NCBI GenBank assembly: GCA_951406725.2 | Contig: OX597814.1 | Coordinates: 30,628,001 to 30,692,000 of the forward strand | Length of the DNA: 64,000 bases | DNA from: Octopus vulgaris | Taxonomy: Eukaryota | Direction: 5' to 3' | In this document: piece by piece, positions 40,550-54,120 of the stretch | Layout: the number at the start of each line of letters is the position of its first letter | How positions within the stretch are numbered: position 1 is the stretch's first letter | Translations under genes and position numbers: made by a program | Notes under the pieces: generated by a model | What the model was told of the DNA's origin: nothing | Seen by the model: only the letters and a program-made list of their open reading frames with translations | Databases searched by the model: none

Positions 40550-42489
40550 GCATACACATATGTATATATGTTTTTAACTTTTCAAGTACGTATATGTATA
40601 CAATCATATATATATAATATATACGTATATATATATCTACATATGTTTGTGTACAAATATATATTTATACACACACACACGCACACACATATATATATAA
40701 TCCTTACTAACCTGCATGCATTCATTGGTGCATACATACATATATACATACATGCATACATCCATACCTACATACATACATATGTGTGTATGCATGTGTG
40801 TATGTATGTATGTATATATGAATGTATATATGTATGTATGTATGTATACGTAGATGCATAAAAAACGAAGCAAACTTGTTATCTTTAACGTAAATAATGT
40901 TAGAAAAGTATTTCGAGGTCTGCAGATGTGGTTCCTTCTTCTGTTGTTTCAGATGAGGATGATGTGGAAGATATTCCTACTGCTACATTTGTTTGAGTTA
41001 TTATTGCTGCTGCTGTATGCGCTTCTGTGGAGAGATGTAGTCTAGAAGTCTGCACTATATAGCAATGCCGACTGAAATTACCCCTAGGGAAATTTTCGTT
41101 GAAGCGATTGATATTTCAGCAAGAACAAAGTTTTATGCCTATTTCCATCTCCTGGATATCGATAAGCTGATAAGCCTCAAAGAATAATTCGATCACGAAC
41201 CATCGTGATTGTTTCATTGTGAGATTGTGATTCTGCACTTTCGTAATGTAAGTCAAGGAAGGAAAAAAAGTGTGTGTATGTGTGTATGTGGAAGCCTATG
41301 TGTATGAACGTGTGCTTGAGTGTGTGTGTGCGTGTGTGCCTCTGTGCGTGTGTGTATGTGTGTATGTGCACGTGTGAGTGTGCGTGCTTGTGTGTTTGCG
41401 TGCTTGTGTGTTTGCGTGTGAGAAAGGAGAGGGAGAGGAATAGCGAAGGAGAGTGGTATGAGAAAGAAAGAGAATTATATGCGTACAGGTATATATAAAA
41501 ACCACTTGCACAAACGTGCATATACATACATGCTGGCTCACACACATATATATACATATATATATATGTACACGCGCACACACATATATGCACATATGCA
41601 TACAAAAAAATGATAGTTTATATTTCGTAGCTATGCACGTATGAGTATATATACGATTCAGCGGTGACTCCGCACTCGGGCTGTTTGGGTTCTGCCCGAG
41701 TATAAATTTTAATAAAGTGAACGTGTATTTGCAAGCTGATTTAATTTCTGCCAACACTGACTTCAGCTAATAATTCGGGCTCCTTCTATTGAGCCTGGTC
41801 GCAGCTCATTTACTTCTGTTCAGCGTCTGGCGGTCGTCTTAGACGACCCGTGTCAAAAAAGATCATTCGTAGCAGACGTTTTCTCGACATTGTTCACACG
41901 CCTGACTCAGGCTCAGAAGTTACAGTCCGAGTTGTTATCTATAATCGCAAAAATTTAAAGTAATTCAAATTCAATGTTTTCTTGAAACAATAAATTTCTA
42001 TAGAGATTAGGATATAAATTCCAATCTATGAAAAGTTTCCGTTCTACAATATTCTTAAATGAGCGGAAGATTATTCAACAACTCAGCTTAATACGAACGA
42101 GCCTGGTAGGTGTAAAAGACTAACTGGCATCTCTTGTCAAGAGTACAGGCAACAGTCAGATCGGTGATATTTGCTGTGCACCCCGCCGTCGTCATTTGAT
42201 TGGTGTTCTGTGTGACTGCGTGTAAAGATCGGTTGTGTTTTTGTTATGTTGCTTTATTTTTACCTCTCAATTAGAAATGGAGAATGACATAGTACTAGAT
42301 ATAAAAAATAAGCCATTTGGGGCTAGAAATATTGCGGAAAAACATAAAATTCTTCGAGCTGGCTAGTGTCTTATACGAAATCTGTGATGAGTCCGAGTGA
42401 AGTGATGACCTGGAGTCGGCTCTGTTATGATATGCGTGTGTGTGCATATATATATATATATAATATGTATGTATGTATGTATATAAATA

Positions 42490-42552
<63 letters not shown>

Positions 42553-42659
42553 TATGTGGGTACAGGATGTCACCAAGAGTAAACAACATGAAATAAGCAA
42601 ACAAATGAGTTAAATATGCAAATAACGAGAGTAAGAAAGGACAAGCAATACAAAGAATG

Positions 42660-42722
42660 ACTCTTCATCACTTGTCGGCTGTCTATCTACTCCCCATTTC
42701 GAGCAGTCAACGACAATATGAG
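42660..42722 (-). ncRNA. reversed-strand-order hammerhead-like motif (second complete instance), in element ~42558-42840
   Basis: CUCAUA|UUGUCG-uugacu-GCUC-GAAA-UGGG...CGACAA-GUGAUGA-A-GAGU. Confidence 0.5.
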
Positions 42723-42895
42723 TCTTCGAAGATAGTTGCTCCCATAAATACCAAAATAAAATTTGGGATTTATGGAGGGTCAAAGTTAGGAACAAAAACA
42801 GGACAGTGGACACATACAGGGGAACAGGACGAAAACAAACACACACTTACATATAGATATCTACAAGTGTATTTTTGTGTCTACGTCTATCTATA

Positions 42896-42958
<63 letters not shown>

Positions 42959-42970
42959 ACACTCACACAG

Positions 42971-43010
<40 letters not shown>

Positions 43011-43072
43011 CACACACACACACATATACATCGTATGTCTGTCTGTCTGTCTCTCTCTGTCTCTCTGTATAA

Positions 43073-43613
43073 TATATCCTTCGTAATGTTTTTACATTAC
43101 TCTCTACTTATTTGTATTTTCCTAACTCATATCTGGTGATTTTGCCGTGGCTAGAGCTTACCGGTATTTACACATAATTTGGATTCAAAACTTGATTGTG
43201 TAGATAGAGGTGAAAACATTTTTATTGCCGGTCGGGATTCATACTAGCCCGAAGGTAAAGTCTTGTTTTGATTTCTATCTATTGGAATATTTCCCCTGAC
43301 GAGGCGAATGGGTCCTTTAAGTGGTCCCTAACACCGAAATTGCAATAGGGAATTAACCAATTATTTTCAAGTTGCGGATTCTATTTGCCATGTGGCTCGA
43401 GGACAGTTTTATCGTGAGGAGAAATGATATGAGTGATATAATGGCTTTATAGCGGTTTTGACAGCTAGTTTTAACATGTAAGGATTTTTAACCCTCTTAG
43501 TTATAAAGATATATATCATATTTTATGATAACATGTTTGGCCATTGATATATTCATAAATAATCTTAATTATTTATAAATTATCCTTCGTGATGTTTTTA
43601 AATTACTCTCTAC
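43073..43613 (+). mobile_element. PLE-type element with ~34-bp terminal direct repeats
   Basis: TATCCTTCGT(A/G)ATGTTTTTA(C/A)ATTACTCTCTAC at both ends; internal HHR. Confidence 0.7.
43291..43352 (+). ncRNA. type I hammerhead
   Basis: UUCCC-CUGACGA-GG...CC-GAAA-UUGCAA-UA-GGGAA. Confidence 0.78.
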
Positions 43614-43630
43614 CTACCTACCTACCTACC

Positions 43631-43661
<31 letters not shown>

Positions 43662-43670
43662 ATATATATG

Positions 43671-43703
<33 letters not shown>

Positions 43704-43728
43704 ATGAAAGCACGTGGTTGTATGTATA

Positions 43729-44300
43729 AAAGACAAAAAAGAATGAAAAACTTACAGAAGGCTTGTGTTATATGGTTAAAGAATATATTTAAATCATTAT
43801 GTCAGAAAAATTTTATAAAATTTTGCGTATAGTAACACAGTTTTGGGAGAAATAACAGGTTTCGTATTTTCTTTTCAAATTTCTGAAATTTCTGTACCGA
43901 TATCGCGTCATATCTTCGCTATGTTGTGAAATATGGAGTTCCTAACATTTTTAAATAAGGAAACTTACCTCATTGAAAAAATATAAAGGAAAACCTAATC
44001 ACTTGTGACATTCTATTCCTTCTAAACCAAATCATTCCCAACATTTTTTATTATCTCCCTTATACCGGAAAAATCTCCGATTACCTTCCCCTGCCTGGAA
44101 GTCCATAATTCACAACATAGCGAAGACATGACACGATATAGGTAAAGAAATTTGAAAAGAAAATACGAAACCGGCTATTTTTCCCAAAACTATGTTACTA
44201 TACACAAAATTTTATAACATTTTTCCAACATAACGATTTAAATATATTCTTTAACCATATAACACAAGCCTTCTGTAGTTTTTTCACTCTTTTCTGTCTT
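43729..44300. mobile_element. fold-back element, ~210-bp arms, each arm with a U3:A8 HHR-like motif
   Basis: 43729-43941 inverted against 44097-44300; motifs at 43848-43884 (-) and 44146-44182 (+). Confidence 0.75.
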
Positions 44301-44389
44301 ATATATATATATATATATTTATATATAAATTTTTTCCGTAATGAGATGAAAAACCAAGGCTGTGTAGATTTTAGAGCATTTATAAATAG

Positions 44390-44437
44390 GTCTTACAGCT
44401 GTTCTTAGGATATTTATTATATCCCTTCATCGGAGAC
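44390..44437 (-). ncRNA. degenerate hammerhead (CCGAUGA core, GAAA damaged)
   Basis: GUCU-CCGAUGA-A-GGGAUAU/AUAUCCU-AAGAA-CAGCUG-UA-AGAC. Confidence 0.5.
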
Positions 44438-44590
44438 AGTGTGAGAAGATGGTTAAGCAATAGTTAATTTAGATAAGATACGAAATAGAGAGTGAGGTGG
44501 AGGAATGAAAATAGATGTGAGATATGCAGGGATATTGTATTCGTAGATCCATTATTTAGGCAGAATGGCATGCATATTAGATTTCAATAC

Positions 44591-44632
<42 letters not shown>

Positions 44633-44764
44633 GCACATTTGCACTGTACACTCTTCCTTTTGTGTGCAACGTTGATAGTGTATAATCGTTGATATGTTCT
44701 AACTCCCAGATAATCGTTCAAGAGAAAGATATGAAGTCTAATATTGTCCTACTTGCTTCTTAGG

Positions 44765-45210
44765 TATATATTCTTACTTACTTACGCCCATTGCTCTGTT
44801 GTAACAGAGGCCATCAACGACTGTTCTTTATTTTTTCCGATTTTAGGTTGTTTTTTCTGCTTCTTCCCACTTTGATCCCTGCATTCTTAGCCCTGCCCCA
44901 CGTGTCTAACTAAAATAAAAACTTCCCTTTCTTAGGTCTTGTTGGTTTAGAAGAGTCATCGATGCTTCTGTAACTTTGCTGTTTTTTAGTAGGTAAGCCC
45001 GATGCAAACCCATTTGCCCCTATGTCAGCCCTATGCAAACCCATTTTTACTTATGGAAAGAGGTGGTCAATTTTAGTCTGGCCTGTATTTTTTGCTCTGT
45101 TTAGTAGGGGAAGCCCTACTAAGCGTTTGCACTCCGATGACCTAGGTCTTAGAGTCACTGAGATATAAACGGCACCTCACCGCAACTTGACCTTGTGGTG
45201 ACGGGAGCAT
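44765..45210 (-). mobile_element. internally deleted RTE-like element (5' UTR joined to 3' end)
   Basis: Minus-strand RTVVDGLCYNR C-terminus plus (AAGT)n tail; GGCCAGACTAAA and GCATAGGGCTGACA leader-like motifs. Confidence 0.5.
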
Positions 45211-45500
45211 AGACGCTGAATGGCAAAAACGACTGACCTAAGATAAAATGCCATGGCAATTTCCCCAATTTCATCATTGACACAGAACTGGTCATCACCC
45301 AAAGCAAATTTTATACTCAACAAATACGTATTGATTTGAGTTCCTATATCGGAACGAATATTTTTCAGTTGAGATCAGAATGTTCTGATACATTCATCAC
45401 ATGACGTGGACACACCACATCTAACGATCACTTACTACATACATTCTGAGAGAGCTGTGCTTGTTCTACACATGTCCGTTTTGTGATGTTTCTCCGGGAC

Positions 45501-45800
45501 AGAGGTCACATGGCCTAGTGGTTAGGGTGTTGCACTCACGTTCGTGAGATCGAGATTTCAATTCCTAGGTCGGGTGGTGCGTTGTGTCCTTGAGCAAAAC
45601 ATTTCATTTCACGTTGCTCTGCGATCACGTTTGAAACTTGACGCGTGGGACACAGTGCACCTGTTCGGGCAACGTCGATTTGATGGAGAGACTGAGCTAA
45701 GGTGCGGCACGAACATTTGACCACTGTAAACAAATCATTTGTGCAGATCGTTCGGCAAAAGCAGATCGCTCATACCTCGCCCTTGACGGGCAAGTTCATT
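45501..45800 (+). mobile_element. tRNA-derived SINE family D
   Basis: TGGCCTAGTGGTTAGGG A box; GCGTTGTGTCCTTGAGCAA core. Confidence 0.85.
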
Positions 45801-46307
45801 AGATATATCAAACATTCATAAATGGTTGTCATCGTTATACTGTTTCACTGTTGAAAGAGAAAGAGTGATCGGCTGGACTATAGTTTCAGTAGTGACTTAT
45901 ACTACTCTTAGCTAAAACTGTGACGATGTTACAATTTGAATGTCTTCGATTACATACCTATATTCTTTTACTTGTTTCAGTCATTTTACTGCAGCCATAC
46001 TGGAGCACAGCAACACCCGAAGCAGCAACACTATTACACCAATGCCACTCTACCACTACCAATACCATCCCTATCGACATAACATTAATAGCCCTATATA
46101 TAATGTTGTCATTATCTTTCTCACCATTAACGTTCCCTGTACTTTCTCAAATCATTATTTTAATGTTATTTCTTAAGGATATTCCATCTATTTGCTTGAC
46201 AATCATAGTTTTATTTTCAAATATTCAATGACATTTGAAGAAAAGTTGTCAACCGATTTTAGGTTCTTGGAAGACAAACAAGGAAATTTTTTTGAACTTT
46301 TCACTGC

Positions 46308-46346
<39 letters not shown>

Positions 46347-46488
46347 CTTTCTCCTGTCACACCTACATTAAAAACACGCATTATACATTCAAACACGTAT
46401 TTCTATACGAATGCATGCACACAGACATCCCTATGCAAACAAACATGCACAACTTTACGATGTATGATCAATAAGTTGTGAGACTTGA

Positions 46489-46574
<86 letters not shown>

Positions 46575-47202
46575 TACACATTATTAAATTATTCGATGTA
46601 ATCTTGAGTTGATGTTGTCATTTGAGGAGGATTAGGTTACTATTTTGAACATGTCAAACCACTCTATACGTCGAGGTTCCATCATATACTTTTGGTGGTG
46701 TCGGTCGTGCAACAAACACACACACACACACACACATACACACACATGCACACATACACACACACACAAACACACACACACAAACGTACACACACATACA
46801 TACACGGAGAATACTTCACATACAGCCGTAGAATCAGTGCTGGCCTTTTCAATACCACCTCTCATATTTGACATATTCATGTATCAATGTTTATACCCCT
46901 TTCAGAAGAAAAGATGATCGTCTTCATTAGTTATACTACAAAGTCCTACCTCCTGATAATTGATTGCCCCCGAGTTGTCAACAAATCTCTTTACGCTTCT
47001 GTTGAATTTTGAAAGTTAGTAACAGAACACACTGGCTCTGAACAAATTTAAACATTTGAAGAATGTGAAAATTCTGAAAACAAAAACCGTCATCGTGAGA
47101 AGGATAGTCATTGCTTTTGCAGTTCAGTTTTCGAAAAATTTAAGGCTGAAGTTGTCATCTGCAAGATTTAAACTCAGAGCACAAACAGTCGGGACAAATA
47201 TC

Positions 47203-47431
47203 TGTTTCTTTACTACCTACAAGGAGCTAAACACAGAGGGGAAAAACAAGGACAGACAAACAGATTAAGTCGATCACATCGACCCCAGTGTGTAACTGGT
47301 ACTTAATTTATCGACCCCGAAAGGATGAAAGGCAAAGTTGACCTCGGCGGAATTTGAACTCAGAACGTTACGGCAGACGAAATACCGCTAAGCATTTCGC
47401 CTGGCGTGCTTACGTTTCTGCCAGCTCGCCG
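47203..47431 (-). mobile_element. SINE B (Tx1-like tail) inserted into an older SINE B relative
   Basis: TSD AGTCGGGACAAATATC at 47187 and 47438. Confidence 0.9.
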
Positions 47432-47838
47432 TAACAAAGTCGGGACAAATATCGTGAGGCATTCTACCAGCAGTGATTACTTTTCATACTAAAGATTATT
47501 ATGCAGCATACCCAAATACTTTAGTCATAACTGCGTTCTTAAATTTAATAAATTTGCTAGATATGTACGGCAAACGTTCGCCGTGTTTATACAATCTTAC
47601 CAGCTATTTCATGTACCTAGTTATTGTATGTATTTTGTGAACTCTGCAAAGGCTAAAATCCTCGTGTATACCCAATAATATACTTTATAACACGCACGCG
47701 TGCGCGCGCACACATACAGATACCGCACCACACAGACACATGTACATGTATATATGTATATATATATGTACATGTATATATATATATATGTACATGTATA
47801 TATATATATATATGTACATGTATATATATATATATATG

Positions 47839-47885
<47 letters not shown>

Positions 47886-48075
47886 TTACATATATACATA
47901 CAAACACACAGACACATAGACACATACATGAATATACATACATCTGTCTTTAACGACATATTGTACTCTCAAAACATGTATAATTGCAAATACAGCGGCG
48001 TATGCATGCACTTACATGCAAAAGCCACCAAGACACACAAGCATGCATTGCCTTATAGACTGGCTCATATACACG

Positions 48076-48122
<47 letters not shown>

Positions 48123-49689
48123 GTGTGGATGCCGATAGACACTATTTGTATTGTGTACTCTGACGCCAGTGATAGTTTTCATTAGAGAAATAGTTTGTCA
48201 AAATTCCAAATTCATTCTCAACGGTTAAGATTTTACTTCAATACTTGCTTATAAAGGTTAGTTTTAAACCCGAAAATCGGGTAGACACTGCTATTTTAAC
48301 AATCTTGTAGGTGCAAACTTTAAAGCAGTAATGTATATTATTCAATTCTAAAATCCACTTTTAATTGAAGCCTACATCAACAAATCAGGAAATTTTCTCG
48401 AACATGATTTCATAATATCAGAGAGCTGGATGACTTTTTCTCTAATATAACCAACTTATTGTTCAATAGTATTGACAGAAGGGAGAAAGACTTCTCTCAT
48501 ATTTCCCTGAAGTTTCGTGATGTATCTTTCAGACAATGAAAAGTCATTCGATACACTTGCTATTCTTTCTAGAATGCAGCGGAGGCTTCATGTCAATCTA
48601 TTCAACGAAAGTGAAAAATAGTCTGAAGTAAGGCTTTCGGCAAGGTTAATTTATAGAAGCAGTTCATTGAAGTTAAAAGATTTCCCACAATGAGAAAATT
48701 TCTTGGTTCAAATTGGATTTGATGAATCGCCGAAGGGGATTAAGCGCAGCTCCAAACACGAGACTATTTTGTCAGTAGCAAACAAGATTGAAACACCTGG
48801 AAGCATCGCAAATTCGTTTGTTTGTTTATTCTTGCTCTTATAGCATTTCTTTTTCTAAACCAACACAACTAATAACTAAACTTGCTCAAGGCAAAGAGGA
48901 AAACGTCCTTAACAATTTAATACTCTATAGTATTACAATTCTTGTGTGCTTTTCATAATATTTGGACAGGTTAACATAAATAGCTGATATCGTGCACTGC
49001 AGGTCAATATATTTATTTCACTTAATTGGGAGAAGTTCTATGTGTATCCCCAAATGGTTTTGTGAATATGATACTTTCAACATGGCGAGAAAGGCACACA
49101 TAATGATGAAATTCACGCAACTCGGAAAACATTCACTATGTTACGCATTCGAAAAGTATACATTTTATTACAACACTGATCGTCCACAAATATCAGGAAG
49201 TAAACTTTAATTTAATCTCAGTTAACTCTTGGAAAATGAGTTCAGGGAATCGATGAGTAATTCAGGTCATGGAAAGTGACCAGCAAAACCATAAAGAAAT
49301 AGAAATGATACTAACGTGACAAATGACAATTGTGATTGAATGTCAAACAATATTTTTAGAAAGATAACAAACAGATTGCGTTAAAATTCTTTGAGTTCAA
49401 TTTGTGATCAAATTAGTTGACAAATGGCTTCACGGTGCAGGCTGAACTAAACAAAACAGAACCACCCCACCGCCAAAAAAAACCTCAAGCCAAAGCAAGG
49501 CAAAAACCAACAGAAGTCATGCCCCCAATAAAAAATTTAAAAGCTGAGAAAAACTTTCCTTAATTACACAGTGCACCTAAAGTTTGTGCTTAAAGCTGGT
49601 GGGCTTTGCCACAGATATATCATAATTACGATCGAATTATCTGAAATACTGGTCACCCAGCAACCACAAACATTTACCTGTATAATAAC

Positions 49690-50306
<617 letters not shown>

Positions 50307-50310
50307 TTTA

Positions 50311-51595
50311 ACACCCGTTAAAAGGAGGGCTGGGCATGCCGTGGTTGATGATGCGCAGACACGCGCTGAGACTGCGGCATCTCTGGCTCTATGTAGACGA
50401 CGGTGAACAGGTGTGGTCGCCGTTTGTGAGGCACGCTTTCCCGCAGCTCGTCTCCATGACCGAACTGCAGTCGTGGATCAAAAAGAGGCCGAGGAAGGGC
50501 GAATGGCACCGCGAGTGTCGCGTTGCTCTCAAGCAACTCTGCCGTCCTGGGTCGACCTTAAGTGACTTCAACACAACCAAAGCATTCTATAGGGGTTTAG
50601 TGGAGGGGAGGTACGACGACGAGCTCGGGGCGAACCTGGACGTCGACGAGGAGTACCTGACCCGCCTGTTCAGGACGACTTTCGGGCCAGGGCCCATGGA
50701 CAACTTCCAGAGATCCCTGGCCTGGCAGTGCTACCGAGAAGCGCTACCCGTTCGGGATAAGCTCTACAGACACGGCTCGAGAAACACGGGGCCGACCTGC
50801 CCGAGATGCGGTCAGAGCGACGAAACCGTTCTGCACGCACTCGTTCAGTGTCCAACAATTTCCGACCTGTGGGCTTATGTCGAACAACTGCTGTCACGTG
50901 TGGGACGAGTCGGTTTATCAGCTGAGTCTATCGTCAATATTGTCACGCCTCCTTCCTTCAAACGGGAAGGAAGAGCTATTTTCATCATCCTTGTGGCTAT
51001 GGCGAAAGAATGTATCTGGTGGACGCGTCTGAAAGGATTGGAGATAAACACTTTCCTCTCTGGTCAATCTCTCATCAACTTCTTCAAGTACCACTTGAAA
51101 AGGAAAGTGAGAGTAGAGAGGCAAGTTTTGTCTAGCGAATGTTTTAAAAAAAGATGGGTGAATGTAGCAAGAATGGCACGTATGAATGACGAAGCCACCT
51201 TGAGCATAGTCCTATGAACCCAGAAATCGAAAAGAGAGTTGCTTATTTGCAAAAAAAAAAAAAAAAAAAGAAATATAAAATGTGACTTCATTCACCGAGG
51301 TTACCGTGGTCTTTTCCGTAGGCTTTTCTTTCCACGGGTAAACCTCACCTGTCCTCCCCTTTACACTTCATATTGACATTTCTGTGATAACGATCCCTAT
51401 TGATCAATTTTTTTTTTCTCTCCCCTTTTTTTTAACCCCGCTTTTTTGTCCTCTTTCTCTCCTTTTACGATCTCTTTTGATCGAAACTCCCCCTTCCTTT
51501 TTTTTTTTTTTTTTTTTTTTAAACCTTCAAAAGAAAAGCTCTACCTTGTAATTTGTTCTATCTGTGTGCAGCCCTGTGTGGCTAATAAAGAAACA
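50311..51595 (+). mobile_element. 5'-truncated Tx1/L1-like LINE
   Basis: GC-rich coding body, T-rich 3' UTR, ends AATAAAGAAACA followed by TATCTATCT. Confidence 0.88.
50336..51217 (+). CDS. C-terminal part of Tx1/L1-like ORF2 (post-RT region plus CCHC zinc finger)
   Basis: Frame open from upstream PLKGGLGMP; W...R.ALP..D.L motif; [18 protein letters not shown]; AKECIWWTR. Confidence 0.8.
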   Translation: MPWLMMRRHALRLRHLWLYVDDGEQVWSPFVRHAFPQLVSMTELQSWIKKRPRKGEWHRECRVALKQLCRPGSTLSDFNTTKAFYRGLVEGRYDDELGANLDVDEEYLTRLFRTTFGPGPMDNFQRSLAWQCYREALPVRDKLYRHGSRNTGPTCPRCGQSDETVLHALVQCPTISDLWAYVEQLLSRVGRVGLSAESIVNIVTPPSFKREGRAIFIILVAMAKECIWWTRLKGLEINTFLSGQSLINFFKYHLKRKVRVERQVLSSECFKKRWVNVARMARMNDEATLSIVL

Positions 51596-52184
51596 TATCT
51601 ATCTGTAGGCTTTTTTTGTCTATCTATTTAACTGCTCATAGACGTAAATTATACCTAACTACCATCTACACGACATACTGTCAGTTCGTCTGTCTCTCTG
51701 TTTCTCTGTCTGTCTGAATATTTAAGTAGTTACCTACCAAAATATATCCAGGCATCTATACATACGAGACACACAACGTGCACCTAATTACCCATGAAAC
51801 AAAATGAAAAGTTCACTTCAGTTCTTAATAATGAATGCCACTTTTAACATAAAAAGCATGGGCTACTTGTATGAGAATATTTCTGAGTGCTTTTCAATTG
51901 AAGTGTAATTCTGAAGTAGATTGGAAGAATAGAACATAAATTCTCTGTATGGGATCTAAACAATTTCTTTTAAAAAATGAATATATTATACATATTATGT
52001 CAGAATTGAATGACAAGAGATGCAAGTGTTTTTTACTTTGTATATTACATGTGCAGGTTTCAAATATTCTAAATATTCCTATATTCCTATAGCAAATAAA
52101 GTTTATGAATAAAAAAAAAAGAAAATCGAATATGTACATATGTATTATGTATATATTCATGCTTACTTGGACACGCACAAACAG

Positions 52185-52244
<60 letters not shown>

Positions 52245-52299
52245 TTATATATATAAGTGTGTGTGTGTGTTTGTATATGTATGTATATACATGTATGTT

Positions 52300-52338
<39 letters not shown>

Positions 52339-52681
52339 ATACGTATGTATATGTATGTGTATGTATGTATATGTATGCATGTGTGTATATATGTATGTAT
52401 GTATATATATATGTATACATATGCTTATATATATATATGCATGTATATATCTATATGTATATATATATGCATGTGAATGTATGTATGTATATATATATAT
52501 ATATGTATACATACATTTATGTATATATATGCATGTATATATTTATTTGTAGATCTATATGTATATGTGTATATATATATATATATGTACATATATGTAC
52601 ACACACACACATATATATGTGTATATATATATATATACATATATGTATATATGTATATATATATGTATATATGTATGTATG

Positions 52682-52733
<52 letters not shown>

Positions 52734-53021
52734 CATGTATGCATGTATGTATGTATGTATGTATAAACTTAAACATACATATACAGGTACATAGAGACAA
52801 AATGATAAATTTCAGTTTCGAATAAATGAATACAACTCTGCCTCTCTATATTTATATCTGTTTTATTACACCCAAAGTTGTGTTTTATACATACATACAT
52901 ACATACATACATACATACATACATACATACATACATACATACATACGTACATACGTACATACATGCATACATACATACATACATACATACATACATACAT
53001 ACATACATACACACATACATA

Positions 53022-54100
53022 CTAGGTGGTATCAAAAAAATCCTGAATTTTTTCTGTAGCACGCCAACAGATGGCAGCACATGGCTGCGCAGTGACAACT
53101 TGCAGTGTTCCTCAGGGGAGCAGTGCACCGAGTGACATTGCTGTGTTTCCTTCGCAAGTTATGAAATTGTGTTTCTGTGATCAGGTATATGCTGTAGTTT
53201 GTGATTTTTCTCATGGACAGGAAGCTGGAATAAAGAGCCAACGTGAAATTTTGCGCTAAACTTTGGAAGTCTGCTACAGAGACATTAAGCATGTTTCGGC
53301 AAGCTTATAGTGACAAGGCAATGGGTAATACGCAATGTTTTGAGTGGAACGGGCGCTTCAAATGCAGAAAAAAAAACGTCCCTGGAAGACGATGCGTGAT
53401 TTGGAAAACCTACTATGTGTGTCGTCACCCTTAGAAATGCGAAGAAAATGGCGGCGAGCTGCCAGAAACGTTAGCACGCTGGGCGAAATGCTTAGTGGTA
53501 TTTCGTCTGACTTTACGTTCTGAGTTCAAGTTCCGCCGAGGTCGACTTCGCCTTTCATCTTTTCGGGGTCGAAAAATTAAGTAGCAGTTACGCACTGGGG
53601 TCGATGTAATCGACTTAATCCGTTTGTCTGTCCTTGTTTGTCCTCTCTGTGTTTATCCCCTTGTGGGTAATAAAGAAATAGGTATTTCGTCTGCCGTTAC
53701 GTTCTGAGACAATCAACGACAGTTTGAAGAGTTTGAGTGGCAACATTCGGCGAAAGCGACTGGATCAGTGGAGGGCGAAGGTCGTGATTCGTCACGACGA
53801 CAATGCAACCCTGTCACCTAGCTCCCCTCACTCGTGAGTTTCTCACCAAAAGCAACATGGTATCCCTTCCGCACTCGCCCTGTTCGCCAGAATTAGCACC
53901 CAAGGATTTCCATCTCTTCCCCAAGATAAAAATACAGCTCAAAGGTCGCTCTTTTAAAACCGTTGTCGAGATCAAGAGCAAACCCCAGAAGGTCGACTCG
54001 CTTACAGAAAACGACTTCCAGGCCGGATTCTAAAAGTGGCAGGAACACTCGGACCGGTATATTTCAAAGGAGATGATGTTAAAACTTAGGTAAATAAGAT
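53022..54100 (+). mobile_element. deleted mariner transposon interrupted by SINE B
   Basis: KFCAKLWKSATETLSMFRQAYSD..FEW.GRFK; HDDNA..LPHSPCSPELAPKDFHLFPKIK. Confidence 0.88.
53450..53708 (+). mobile_element. SINE B (Tx1-like tail) plus the start of a second unit
   Basis: Tail ends 53680, followed by GGTATTTCGTCTGCC. Confidence 0.9.
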
Positions 54101-54120
54101 GATATTATTTAAAAAGAATT

